A stretch of DNA of 60,316 bases, filler included, from Sphacelaria rigidula (Eukaryota), in NCBI GenBank assembly GCA_964200075.2. It is 5 parts of 5 records of this genome, joined end to end, with 100 filler letters (N's around TTAATTAATTAA, not from the genome) between each part and the next. Parts side by side here need not be neighbours in the genome. Positions count along the whole stretch, not along the records: positions 24,174 to 36,155 come from CAXNAA020004272.1; positions 36,256 to 48,236 come from CAXNAA020004273.1; 3 more parts are not named here. The stretch is one strand, 5' to 3'. The notes below the pieces were generated by a model. That model was not told the DNA's origin, ran no database searches, and saw only the letters and a program-made list of their open reading frames with translations. Each line of letters opens with the position of its first letter. Position 1 is the stretch's first letter. The translations under genes were made by a program, and so were the position numbers. This document shows, one piece after another, positions 26,580-38,658 of the stretch.

Positions 26580-27330
26580 CGCCCTCTTCAACAGCGATAC
26601 CAGCAGCACCCACCCCAATGCTTACCGTGGTACTGTCGGCGGGCGCTCTCTCATGCCTACCCGCTTTGACAGACACGTACTGTGTCTCCTTCCCGCTCTG
26701 CATAGTCGAAACAGCTGCCCTGTATCGTTGCTTGAGACGCGCAGTACTGACTGACTGCGCATTCGGCGGGTGCACTATCGTGCCTGTCGCCTCGGGCAGA
26801 CACATGCTTCTCGGCTTCTACAGTACAAGCATCTGCCCTGTATCGTTGTTTCAGACGCGCAGCACCTACTGCACGTTCGGCGGGTGCAGTGTCGTGCCCG
26901 TCCCCTCGGGCAGACACATGTTTCTCGGCTGTCACAGTGCGAGCAGTTGCCCTGTATCGTTGCTTGAGACGCGCAGTACTGACTGACTGCACATTCGGCG
27001 GGTGCACTGTCGTGCCTGTCGCCTCGGGCAGAAACATGCTTCTCGACTTCCACAGTGCAAGCATCTACCCTGTATCGTTGTTTCAGACGCGCAGCACCTA
27101 CTGCACGTTCGGCGGGTGCAGTGTCGTGCACGTCCCCTCGGGTAGACACATGTTTCTCGGCTGTCACAGTGCGAGCAGTTGCTCTGTATCATTGTTTCAG
27201 GCACGTACTACCTACTGCACGTCCGGTAAGCGCACGGTCGTGCCCGTACCCTTCGACGCACATGCTTCTCGCTCGCGACAGTGCATTATAGAGCGCTCTC
27301 ATGCCTGTCCCCTCTGACAGACACGTGCTG
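26580..27330 (-). repeat. Tandem 114/118-bp units encoding a 38-aa repeat; inverted homolog of 31450-32045
   Basis: About five units of AEKHVSARGDRHDSAPAERAVGAARLKQRYRA..CTV. A 232-bp higher-order dimer is seen (gcagtactgactgactg at 26741 and 26973). Confidence 0.88.
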
Positions 27331-27907
27331 TGTGACTAGTGCGCGCTTCACAGTGCGATGCACCCCACCGGACCACCTGACCGTACAGCGGCAGAGACAC
27401 CTCAACCAACGCCGTCACGTGGTCAACCCGGTCGACTACCACACCCTCAGCCTGTAAATCTGCACCTTAGCGCTGTGCAGGCCCCGCTATACCGGCGCTG
27501 TCCGAGACGTCCACTCCTGAATCGGTCCCGCCGGCAGTGGGGAATGAACTGCGGGAGCTGGAGCAGATGGCTGCGGCGGCAACATGCTATCCGCACTGCT
27601 AGTACCCCCTTGCGTTTCATCCCCTTAGAAAACAGCCCGTGTGGGAGCAGGGTTTTTACTGTCCCCCCCGCTGATCATGGGCTTGTTGCTACCTCTGTTG
27701 CTGTGGTAGCGGCGGCGGCGATAACTTTGCTTGCCCACCTGACGCACTCACCGTGGCCGCAGGTGTGTTCTGGCTGTCACATTTGTTTTTTAGTGACCCA
27801 GATCGCCACACTCAAAGCAGCTTTCGTAGCTCGGACCAGGTTTGTGAGGGTTTTTTGAGCCAGAACTGCCACTACCCACTGCGATGGCCACAGCCGCTAC
27901 AGTGGCC

Positions 27908-30270
27908 TTGATTGATTCATTGATTCACAGCTGTGGTCTCATTATAGACGTACCCAAGAAAAACGAAACTGAAACACGCTCTGAGAAAAAGAAGGAACAG
28001 AAAAAAGGGGGTCGAAAAGAACGATATAGCAGACTAAGTCGTGACAAAATAAAAAGGAAAAAAGTCAACACATGCAAAGCACAGAAAGAAATGGCCGACC
28101 TTGAACAAAAAAAAAAGGGGGCAGAGTACAGAGGAAATAAAATAAAATATGATAAAACGATTGAAACAAAAAAAAACAGGAAAAGGCCCAAGGGATTCAG
28201 GGCAGCAGAGTAGATACAGACAAACACCAGTGGGCACCGCAGAGCCACCGACTAAGAACACAGTCAACATTGTTATGAGCAGACAGGATTCTCCGATTGG
28301 CAGTCCTCGACGCAGCAGCCTCTCGCTTGTGACGGCGGTCTGATTCTCGCTTGTCCGCGCGTCGCCACGAGTCCTAAAACTCTTCCGCTCCCTTTTCGAC
28401 TCCAATATGCCACTTGCCCAAGTTCTTCGCCGCAGTGACCCAATCGTATGCATCGTTAATCTCTACACCGTAGACGAGCCACTTTCGTCGGGCTCCTTCG
28501 TGCGGGACAGCCCCTAGCGCACGTAGGTTTTCCTTTAGGGTATCCTCCCATTGCTTGGGGGGACGGCCGACCTCCTTGGGTCCTCGTGTGGAAAGCCGAC
28601 CGTTTATGACACGCTTGGGGAGGCGTGTATCTTTTGCCAGACAAGGGCTCCCGCGAACCAGAGTTGACCTTTGCGGATGGTCGTCTCGATGTGTTCGCAC
28701 TTGGTCATCTCGAGCACCGCTCTGTACGAAATAGTCTTGTAGCCATTTCGATCGTTCCTGCGGAATCCAACCACTCGCAGCAAGAGCTTGTCATGGGCAG
28801 TGCGCAGACTGTCAAAGTCCTGAGAACGTAGCGTCCATGTGGCACACCCATTCAACAGAGCTTCTACCACCTCCGCTTTAAGCAGTCGAACTTTCAAGGA
28901 CAGCTTGGCGTTGGGTCGGTCGTACAGTTGGGAGCTATATTTTCGGATACGCGCCCACGACGCGCTGATACGACGGTTGATCTCGATGGACATTTTCGCA
29001 TCCGCACTGATAGCTCCATCAAGGTAGATAAACAGCCCCGTCTGCTTATACCGTTGACCGTCAGCTTTGATATCCAGGTTGGCCTCCGTGGGACTGGGTA
29101 TCGACCAAGGGCGTATGAACTCTGTCTTGTTATCCGAGACCATCAGGCCGAATTCCTCGAAGGCCATCACTAGTATCACGGCCATTATTCGAGCAAGGCC
29201 TTCTGAGGTCTTCGAGGCTATGCCAGCGTCGTCTGCATAGAGCATTGCCCACACCGCGCGTCGTACCTGTTCCAGTGGTACCTCTTCCACGCATTCACCA
29301 CCGACAACTTGTGACGCATCATCTAGAAAGACAAAGTTTGACACGATGAGTGGGTCCGCCGCAAACCGCCGGACGATCACTTCCACCAAGCCTGCTTCGA
29401 AGATGTTGAACAGCAGCGGAGACGAAACGCAACCTTGTATGCGTCCGTTGAACCATGCTGATAGTTCGCCACTATCTAGCGGTGTAGGAGCTCGCATGCT
29501 GTCGTGAAATATACGGATGATCGTGATCATTCGCGATGGGACTCCGAACCGAGCATGCACTTCCCAAAGGAGGGTGCGGTCTACAGAATCGTAGGCTTTC
29601 TGCAGATCGATAAAGCAAATGTTTATTGGGATGTTGCTCGCCCGTCCCAACTCCTGGAGTCGGCAAGTGTCCACGGTCGATTTTTCGCCTAAACCCACCC
29701 TGCTCTTTAGGGAAAACATCTGTTTCCTCACAAAAATCACCGAGCCTGTTGGCTACGATTTTGGGGAGAACCTTGAGGGAAATGCCTCTGTAGTTACTAC
29801 ACTGGATCCTATCTTGTTTTTTGTGTAGCACTTTGATGGTGACATCTTTCGATTCTTGCGGCACCTCGTCAAATGTCCAAACCGCAGAGACGATGTCGTG
29901 GAAGTGCTACAGAATGTTCGACGCCTCCTATTTAAGTCCAAGCTTCAGGATTTCAGGGAGAAAACCATCCGGACCGGTTGCTTTGCCATTCGACATAGCT
30001 CTCAGAGCCTCCTCAGTTTCACTTGAACTTGGTGGGTCTCCTAGTGGCCACGCTATTGGTCGTTGAGCAATCTTCTCGATGATGGTGCGGTCGATAGTTG
30101 CCGATATGGCGTTCAGCAATGTAGAAAAGTACCGTTCCCATCTCCCACTGATAAAACCTCTGTCCCGCAGTAAATTCCGTCTACATCTCGAATGTACTGT
30201 TCACTCTCTATTGGTAGTACAGACAGTCTCCACCCTCCGTTGAGATGTCTGTACCATCCCGGGCAACATC
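27908..30270 (-). mobile_element. 5'-truncated degenerate non-LTR retrotransposon (RTE-like LINE)
   Basis: [80 protein letters not shown]. The 3' end carries an (AATC)n-like tail at 27908-27927. Confidence 0.92.
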
Positions 30271-31296
30271 AATAACGTACAGGACTGCAGTGGAGAAACT
30301 GCATAGCAGGCGTTTTTAGGCTGGTTGATGGATAACGGGTCTGAGAGTATGATTGGTGGATTCCGTGATGTATAATGTATTCAATATGAGGTGAGCCGGT
30401 CACTTCTAGTTAAAAAGACTGCTGTATGTTTAACTGCTTGAGTCGTCTTTAGGGCCCGTGACAGGGAAGAAGCCTCTGGAGCAGCACTGTGATCTTGCTT
30501 TGATTTCAAACAAGTCTATAATAAACGTTTATTCAGGAAACTTGTCGTTTTTGGATTGGGGTACCGAAGCTGCACCCCATAGTAAAAAAAGGGGGGGAGG
30601 GAGCAGCGGAGAGAGAGTAGTTGGTTATATAACCCGAGGCGACTTAAGTACAAAAGCCTATTGGAAAGATGGCAGCGCGCAGGAGGATGGCAGAACTAGA
30701 ATCGAGAAGGTTCTGAGGTAGTGCTAGGATTCGTTTTGGTATCGATTGATCACCAGCTGTTGCCCGGAGAGCCTGCCAGAAAACGCGGCGCAATCACTAC
30801 TTGAGACGGGAAAGATGTGCGAGGGCTGGCTCAAGGTTGGCCAGCCGCGTTCAAGAAGAGGAGTCTAAGGACTTCAAAGACGTGATGAGACCTGCGTGAC
30901 GAAGAGGCGCTGTGGCCATTGTCGTTTGGTGGTCAGCGCGTCTTCGTTTATGGGGAGTTGTTTTTTCTGTGATTTAGGAACAATGCCGGTTTTTCTGGAA
31001 CCGCTGTTGAGCTATTGAGGTGCTGCTTTATGATTGTCTACTATGTACACATGTCGTGGTGGCTCGGCGCTGGATGAGAAGCGTGGAAGTAGCAGCGAAG
31101 CTTGTTCGACTGTTCAAAATGATGAGGCACAGCAATATGTCAGCGCTGGAGGTGCCGTACTACGGTCGCAGTTTTTCGAGCGAGGAATCAGCCGAGTTTA
31201 CACGGAAATACGAGAAATATGTGCGAGGTACCGATCAGGTGAACGCGCTGTGGACAAAGCACTTTGAGGTGACAGCAGTCTCTGACCTCATGCCGG

Positions 31297-31410
31297 AACA
31301 CATTGCGATATGTCTGTGTGACACGTGCGATATGTTGGGCACAAGCAGTCGCCGAAACACATTGCGATATGTCTGTGTGACACGTGCGATATGTTGGGCA
31401 TAAGCAGTCG
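31297..31410 (+). repeat. 59-bp-period tandem duplication
   Basis: aacacattgcgatatgtctgtgtgacacgtgcgatatgttgggca.aagcagtcgc at 31297 and 31356. Confidence 0.9.
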
Positions 31411-31449
31411 CTTTTCGCGTTGCGCAAGCATGCGCCGTCGAATAACGTG

Positions 31450-32045
31450 CATGCACTGTGAAAGCCGAGAAGTATGTGTCTGTCAGAGGGGACAGGCACG
31501 ACCGTGCACCCGCCGAACGTGCAGTAGGTGGTGCGCGTCTGAAACAACGATACGGGGCTGCTGCTTGCACTGTAACGGGCGAGAAGCATGTGCTTGTGAG
31601 AGGGGACAGGCATGACCGTACGCTTGTTGAACGTGCAGTAGGGGGTGCGCGTCTGAAACAACGATACGGGGCAGCTGCTTGTCTTGCACTGTAAACGCCG
31701 AGAAGCATGTGTCTGCTCGAGGGGACAGGCACGACAGTGCACCCGCTGAACGTGCAGTCGGTGATCCGCGTCTGAAACAAGTATACAGGGCAGCTGCTTG
31801 CACTATAAAAGCCGAGAAACATGCGTCTAATAGAGGAGATAGGCACGACAGTGCACCCGCTGAACGTGCAGTCGGTGGTGCGAGTCTCAAGCAACGATAC
31901 AGGGCAGCTCTTCCCACTGTGCAGAGCGGGAAGGAAACACAGTACGTGTCGGTCGAAAGCGGCTAGGCATGAGAGCGCGCCCGCCGACAGTACCGCAGTA
32001 AGCACTCTTTTGGATACTGCTGGTATTGCTGTTGTGAAGAGTGAA
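31450..32045 (+). repeat. Tandem 114-bp coding repeats (38 aa), about four units plus unique flank
   Basis: Units start at 31464 and 31578 (114 apart), then ~31697 and ~31811. They translate as AEKHVSARGDRHDSAPAERAVGGARLKQRYGAAACTV. Confidence 0.88.
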
Positions 32046-34148
32046 CATGCCACGGAGCTGGAGCGGACTGCAGGCAGCTCAGCTGCCGCTGTCGCCGTTC
32101 AGGAGTGCGCTGGGCAGGAGGTTGTGGTTGAAGCGGGGATATTTGATCCAGCCGCTGCTGCCGCTGCTGCCGCTGCTGTTGAAAGGGTGGAGTCAATTTG
32201 CTACGATGAGCTAGCGCTGAGAGGCAAAGGCCCTGGTTGCTTGTGTCCGCCGGACTAGCGCGTTGTTGAGGACACACCTTGCATGCTCACCGCTGCAGGG
32301 GGGTGTTATCTTCGTGATGAGAGTGAGCAAGACAAGCTCGGGGTTTGCGATGCCGAGGGCGAGTCTACCTGCTCCAGTGATCCAGCGGGAGGTTGTTCAG
32401 ATGATTCGCGGGGGTGTCTGCTTGCAAGAAAAGTGGATGCCGGATTGGCGGATGTGGATTCGCTGGATTTCGTGGTGTTGCAGTGGTCGTTCGCATTGCT
32501 GTTTACATGGAAAGCTTTGGCGTGTTTGGCGGCGATGGGGGATGTATCTCCACAGTTGCGCCGCGGGATGTTTGAGGAGGATAGTGTGCCATGAGGAGGT
32601 GTTGCTGTTGGGGACCGTGTAGCTCTTACCGTTTCGCCTCTCGTTTCCTCTGTAAAACTGACTGAAGCACAGGTGTTCATTACTGCCCAAGTACCTGTGG
32701 AGGCAGATGGCTTGTTGCATTGGTTCGGCGGTGCAGATATACCGTTTAGTGGTGAGCTGAGCAGCTCCACGAGTGTGCAAGCTGTAGCTGGACTCATGGC
32801 GCGAGGTGCGAATGCTCGAGTGAAAAAACTGCTCTACGCTGTGCACGGGGTCGTGGTTCGAGTGCTGCTCTTTTTCAGGAGCAGACTAAAGGACTCCAAA
32901 GAAGGCATTACCTGAAGTGTTTGCTGTTGTGGTGAGCGCCGAGTTGGGTACTGATGTTGAGGAGCAAGTGCTGAGGTGATTGAGTGCTTGTTGAGAATGA
33001 GGAAACACATTATGACTGGTATTCGTGAATTGTTTCGAGATTGATTGCAACTTATGATGGTATAGTTTGTGGTCATGTTTGCGCATGAAACATGGTTGTT
33101 GAGAGAGTATAATCGTATCGCGTGTTCAGGGTGAAGTGCTGGCGTATACGTGGATATTTGGGATGTGTGTGTTGTGCTGATCTGGTTGGAACGGATGATG
33201 CATGGCGTTTGCTGCGGGGGAGGTCACATTGCATTTTCTGGGTCAAATGCTGGCATGCATGTGTGGAATGTTCGCTACAGTATTTTACTAGTGCGCATGG
33301 TATCTGGCGAAGAGTCAGGGTGAGGCAGTTTTCCATATGATGCTGGATGCTGGATGATGTGAACCTCGTATATTCCTGTTCACACAGACACGCGGGGGAG
33401 TTCTCTTTGTGCAGTTCGTGTGTACTGACTGTAGGAAATGGTGATTGCTGCTGTTGGTGTTGAAATGAGCAGTAACTACGACATGCGTACGCTCGTATGT
33501 GCGCAAGAGAAACGCAAGTGTTTCTTGTTGTTGAAGATTACTCATCTTAGACTATGGAACGTCTTCCGAGGGAATATTTCATTTCCGTCTGGAACGATCA
33601 TGTGGACGGGGTGTCCGTTTGTCTAAGGGAGCGGTGCAGGTGAGCTGCAAGTCTGTTGGGACATGAACTGCATTTTACATCGCGCTTAATCGGCCGATGG
33701 AGTATGACAGTCCTGAATACAACTTGGGATATTATATATGGGTGTTCTCTGGGATGCACTCGGCAAATCGAGTAGGGAGGAAGCCCTTGAAGCAGTCTTG
33801 TGATCTTGTTCTGAGTCCAGGAGGGGTCTAAAATAAACGTTGATTCAGGGAACCTGATGGTTTCTGGCAAAGATTTTTTCAGCTGCGGACGGTCTTTGCG
33901 AAAACATTTTTGTATTGTACACAAGAGAGGTGTGCAGTCTGTAACGCGAGGTAGCTGGTTGCAGCTCGTTGAACACAGGGACAGCTACGTTGGCTGGAAG
34001 CATCGCGAGGAGCTAAGGAAGAATGGCAGCGCGCAGGAAAGGAGGTCGGAGCGATGCAGGCGATGAGGTGACGTTAAAATTTACCACACCCTGGACAATA
34101 CAATATATTTTCAATATCTATTAGTTGATCATATCGAAATTTTGCGAT

Positions 34149-34435
34149 ATATTACTGGCGTAATATATATATATTGGTGCCCTTGGACTGCACACGTATT
34201 GCGCGCGCAATATATATTGATGTCGTGGGACTGTATACATATTGCTCGCCCAATATGTATTGGTACTGTGGAGTTGAACACATACCGTCCCGTCAAGATA
34301 TATTGGGGCAGCGCGGGCGACAGCATATTGCACGACCAATATACATTAGGGTCGCATTGGTGAGAACATATTGACCGGTCAATATATATTGGGTCTATGT
34401 GGGTGCCAATATATTGGCCGGTCAATATATATTGG
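34149..34435. repeat. Array of 7 palindromic ~25-bp repeats (ATATTG-N6-CAATATATATTGG) with 18-bp variable spacers, 43-bp period
   Basis: The CAATATATATTG core (with substitutions) starts at 34208, 34251, 34294, 34337, 34380 and 34423. All six spacers are 18 nt and differ from each other. Confidence 0.85.
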
Positions 34436-34799
34436 ATGTTATCAGTATGGTGTACGCTTTAAGAAAGATCCAGACGCGATGGGTGACGGAGGCCGTGCAA
34501 ATTGGGAACAGCTTCAGAGGGAGCCGCAGAAGTTCGCGTGCATTACTCTGGAGAGTCATCGAATGCGTTTGATATATATACATATACATATACATGTATA
34601 TTGGTAAAAAAATATGCTGACAGAAGAGGCGACCCGGTATATATGCCTCCTGGTACCTATCTGGCCACCTTTGCGGGGCCGCCCATCCGCTTCCCAGCAT
34701 GTAGTTCATATATATTGACTAAACATCACGATGGCAGGAAATGCGGGTCGATATGCGCCTCTTGGTACCCCTGCGGTCACTGGAGCTGTGTTGCTTATA

Positions 34800-35010
34800 C
34801 CCTGGACAATATACTATGTTCCAATATGATACCAATAGTTTGTATTGGAGCCAGCACAAATATTATCCTTTCAATATATATTGTGTTGAGATGTCCTCAA
34901 CGGCATTGAAGCAACAAAATATATTGCTCGTGTCATGATCATGAAGTGATGTATGTCAAAATATATTGGACATGCAGTTGCTCCGGGAATAAAACATCCA
35001 ATATATATTG
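34800..35010. repeat. Second, more degenerate array of the same motif
   Basis: Cores at 34872, 34915, 34957 and 34999 (43/42/42 spacing). Preceded by CCCTGGACAATA, as is the first array (34089). Confidence 0.7.
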
Positions 35011-35108
35011 TGCATGCTGGCCGTGTGTGTATTGAAGTGTCAACACATGTTGAGTCGAAGCGACACACGCGGCCATTCGGCTCCTGTTTCGAAATCCTCT
35101 ATCGTGAT

Positions 35109-35254
35109 TTTCATCTCTCTGGAATGGACATAAACGAATCCTCTGGAGGGCATCTGATGCTCCAATGACTTCTGAGGTCTGTATACTCTCTAGAGGTGTT
35201 TCATCCCTCTGGAATGGACATAAACGAATCCTCTGGAGGGCATCTGATGCTCCA
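35109..35254 (+). repeat. 56-bp direct repeat, 90-bp period
   Basis: tttcatc.ctctggaatggacataaacgaatcctctggagggcatctgatgctcca at 35109 and 35199. Confidence 0.9.
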
Positions 35255-36155
35255 GTGAATACTCCTCGAGTTCCCCGAATCAGTCCGCATGATGCTGCTT
35301 GAGTAATCATGGACAGTGCAGCCATAGACAAAGCTGCGCACGCTGTTCAAGTCGTTTGCACGTCTCACTGTGAACAGGAAACATACATAGTCCTGCGCTC
35401 TCTGTACTGTATACTTTGTCCGCTTCCCTTTCACGTCCTACTGACGGCAGTTGATTCCATGCTGCAAGAACACGCGCGGTGCGGTCTATACTGCAGTAGC
35501 CGACGGTATATAACACCCCCATGTACGCAAAGTTACGGGCATCCACTCTGTATAGCCATACGTAGCCCATATGCCACGCTATAACTCTGCAGTATATTGC
35601 ACCGTACATGTGTAAGCACGATATATCGTCCTGTTGTCCTGTACGGTATTGTACGCAGTTCAGTATATACAGCACCAAACCGCGCGTGCTTATTCTCGTT
35701 ATTGCCATATCAAAGTACATGCATGAAAAACATGTTTTGCTGTTTATGTTCGATTTGTAGACCACGGACTACGGGGTTTTGAAAACCTGTATGGATAGAA
35801 GAGCAAGGTATATCCCCCTCCCACACCCACCGGCCAATGCTGTGTAGCGCGGCTGTGTGAACATACACTCGCATGTGGGACTTGAACAGCAGAGGCTGCT
35901 CGTAAACAAGTCTTTCCTTTGCTCAATTACAGGATGAATTGATGGGCACAAGGAAGATTTGTTTCGAACAGCTTTCTTTACAAATTCTACGAACCAGTGT
36001 ATATATGGGATTTGTACATCATGTGCTGTTCGAAATAAATCATCTCTGCCCGACGTCGGGTATGAAGGATTTCTCTCGAACAGCAGAGAACAGCCGATTT
36101 ATATTTTGGAGTTCATACAAAATATGGGGCTGAAGTGGCATATCTGTCTTGCACG

Positions 36156-36255
36156 NNNNNNNNNNNNNNNNNNNNNNNNNNNNNNNNNNNNNNNNNNNNT
36201 TAATTAATTAANNNNNNNNNNNNNNNNNNNNNNNNNNNNNNNNNNNNNNNNNNNN
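36156..36255. other. Artificial contig linker
   Basis: N44-TTAATTAATTAA-N44. Confidence 0.98.
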
Positions 36256-37291
36256 AAACGGCTCGGGTTTTCAAGCGCGTTGCACTACAGTAGACTAAGT
36301 ATTGTTCTACAGCCCACCGCGAAATCGGTTCTCAACACAGCCACGGCGGAGGTGGCCACACAAGGCTTGATAGCTGGTTCAGGCTGGATGAAGTACCTCG
36401 CATGGGCACTACTGGCGTAACAAGCCCAGGCGTGGGGCTAATCCTTACCCCCGTTGTGTGTGTCTGCAGCTTTATTGTGGGGCACCCATTTGACCCAACT
36501 GACCACTGTACTCTGGGGATTCTGGACTCTGGTGATGGTATATCTCTCAGCAGACTGCTGAATGATGATGCGTTTCAAAGATCGTTGGCGTCTGCCGCCG
36601 CATTGGATCGTTTCGCTGACGGCGGTCGTCGCCGGCGCAACAGTATGAAATCTCTCTCAGATACTCAACAAGAGGTGCTCGAAAACTCGATGACTAGTCC
36701 AAATAAGTATGTTTCCAGCATGCTTTGTTACGTGTTCCGTAGCGCTTAGACGGAGGGAGGGGTCGCTCAAAAGATGCGGCACAATAAATGACTGTGACTT
36801 TTCTGTTGGACTCCTCATCATCATGCTTTATTCGCTGCCGTGCAGAAACTTCTGCGTTAGGGGCACATGGTCGAAAGCGGTTGCGAATCCCGAGCCTTTT
36901 GAACAAAGTAATGAAATTTCGATGGTCCGTTGAACCTCAATTAAATGTTGAACCTCAAAAACGAATCCAGGCTGTTGTAATGGTTGTGGCGCGGGAATCA
37001 CATTCCTTCTCCGGCTTGGAAACTTAGCATGGAGAACCACGAAGGGATGCCGAAAAAAAAACAAATGGATCTTCATATTTTTTTCCAGAGGTTAGGGCGT
37101 TCTCGTGAAGAAATTGTCTTGACCATTCTAGAACGCCCTAAACTAGTGAAAAAAAAACGGACCCCCTGAGTTTTATTAATTATGCCCTAGCGAGGGCCCA
37201 GACAAGATTTCAATACACAAAAAACAAACATGGGCCGGTGAGTGGCCTGCGAAATACTGTTATGAATTTCCACCGACCCGGTTTTCAAAAC

Positions 37292-37541
37292 GCGAATTCG
37301 CCGGCCAATATTTAGAGTCGGAGCGCAAAATTTGGTATAGACAATGCATAGGGCACATGGGAAAAATGACAGAAGTTTGTTGTTTCGTGAGTTAAAAGCA
37401 GTAATAAGTTTCAGGCATCAGTAAAATGCCCTTAACTCACGAAAAAAAAAAACTCTGGTGCTTCTGTTTTTTTTTTAGTGTCCAATGCATTGTCCATACC
37501 AAATTTTACGCTCCAACTCTGAATATTGGCGGGCGCATTCG
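37292..37541. mobile_element. Foldback/MITE-like inverted repeat
   Basis: gcgaattcgccggccaatatttagagtcggagcgcaaaatttggtatagacaatgcat pairs with atgcattgtccataccaaattttacgctccaactctgaatattggcgggcgcattcgc; inner pair ttcgtgagttaa / ttaactcacgaa. Confidence 0.75.
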
Positions 37542-38237
37542 CCTGCAAACTTCAAATCCGCCTGTAGGCTGGCCCAGCTCGTACAAGTACTCGGGAAAAA
37601 GTCGTTGGAATCAGAAAAAAATGATGGGGAAAACCTCCACCGTTCAGAACGACCCTTGCTACAATCAGGGGAAATATGTCTGTGGGCATAGAGAAGACAC
37701 GCACCTCGTGGATAGCTCCGGCGTCATGTCTTTTGATGCTGGCGATCAGAGTTGCGTCCACCACTTGCAGCAGATCGATCTGAAGAGGACAGAGCGATAC
37801 AAAAACCCAGGAACAACAAACGAGGAAATCGAAAACTTTCACATCATTCGTGGGATCCACAACTGCTTCTGCACAGCGGTGCTGTAGCAGGATAGCTCAT
37901 CTATATCATACGTCAAGCATGAAGTACAAGCAAGCGGTAACGGGCCACTCGACTCCCGGTAAGTAAGCTACCTCCGTGCAACACACATCGTGTGTAAAAT
38001 CGGGACAAACAGACCAACAGGCAAAAAAGCAAGGCCTGCATGGCCCCGCCACCGCAGAAAGTAAAGTACAGGGCTGCAAAAATTGCGATGGGGTTTGGTT
38101 ATTCGGGGGAATGCGTCACGTCAGTGCGACAGGAGGATGTGCAAAATCAAGCTGCAAATACCACAGCATCCAAACGAACTCACGTGAGTACAGTAGTACA
38201 GTATTTATCGTGTAAGGTTTTATGTAATATTGCTATG

Positions 38238-38658
38238 AACATGGAATTTTACAAATTGGAGGTGGATTTTTTATTGGGGCGAGAACCCGGAGAATTAAAA
38301 TATTCGTATTCACACCAAATCTTGGAAATATGGTTCCATTTCTTCATTTTCTTGTAGCTATTGGCAACTACTACACGCAATTTTCTTTGTCGATAACCGA
38401 TGTGTTGGGTTCCTAGATGAAAAATCAATTTTGCCGAATTTAGATGATCCAATCGGACCCTAAAACTGTATTTTCACCTAGTACCCCACCATTTCGGTCA
38501 TCGAAATCCAAATTTTTCTGGGGTGTAGTCGTTGCCAATAGCTACCAGAGAGTAAAGAAATAGAACCATAGTCGAAGATTTGGTGCGGATACGAAGATTT
38601 TCATTCTCCGGGTTCTCATCCCCAATAAAAAATCCATCCCCAATTTGAAAATCCCGTT
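38238..38658. mobile_element. Foldback/MITE with ~190-bp imperfect arms
   Basis: caaattggaggtggattttttattggggcgagaacccggagaat / attctccgggttctcatccccaataaaaaatccatccccaatttg; gtagctattggcaactactacac / gtgtagtcgttgccaatagctac. Confidence 0.8.

Larger units (their letters stand above)
30300..33856 (+). mobile_element. Non-autonomous LTR-element derivative (LTR-like, gag-like, LTR-like; no pol seen)
   Basis: Two related LTR-like blocks, each followed by atggcagcgcgcagga (~30669, ~34023). The internal degenerate ORF MSALEVPYYGRSFSSEESAEFTRKYEKY is followed by the 38-aa repeats. Confidence 0.55.

Noticed and set aside
26690-27330. 114-bp repeats as a CRISPR array
   Set aside because: Contiguous units with no unique spacers, and they translate as a peptide repeat.
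27925-28248. Hydrophobic and Lys-rich ORFs 27884-28248
   Set aside because: Compositional artefact of the T-rich LINE 3' UTR.
34149-34435. Formal CRISPR call for the 43-bp array
   Set aside because: Eukaryotic context, no cas genes, degenerate repeats, and short, partly related spacers; reported as an unexplained array instead.
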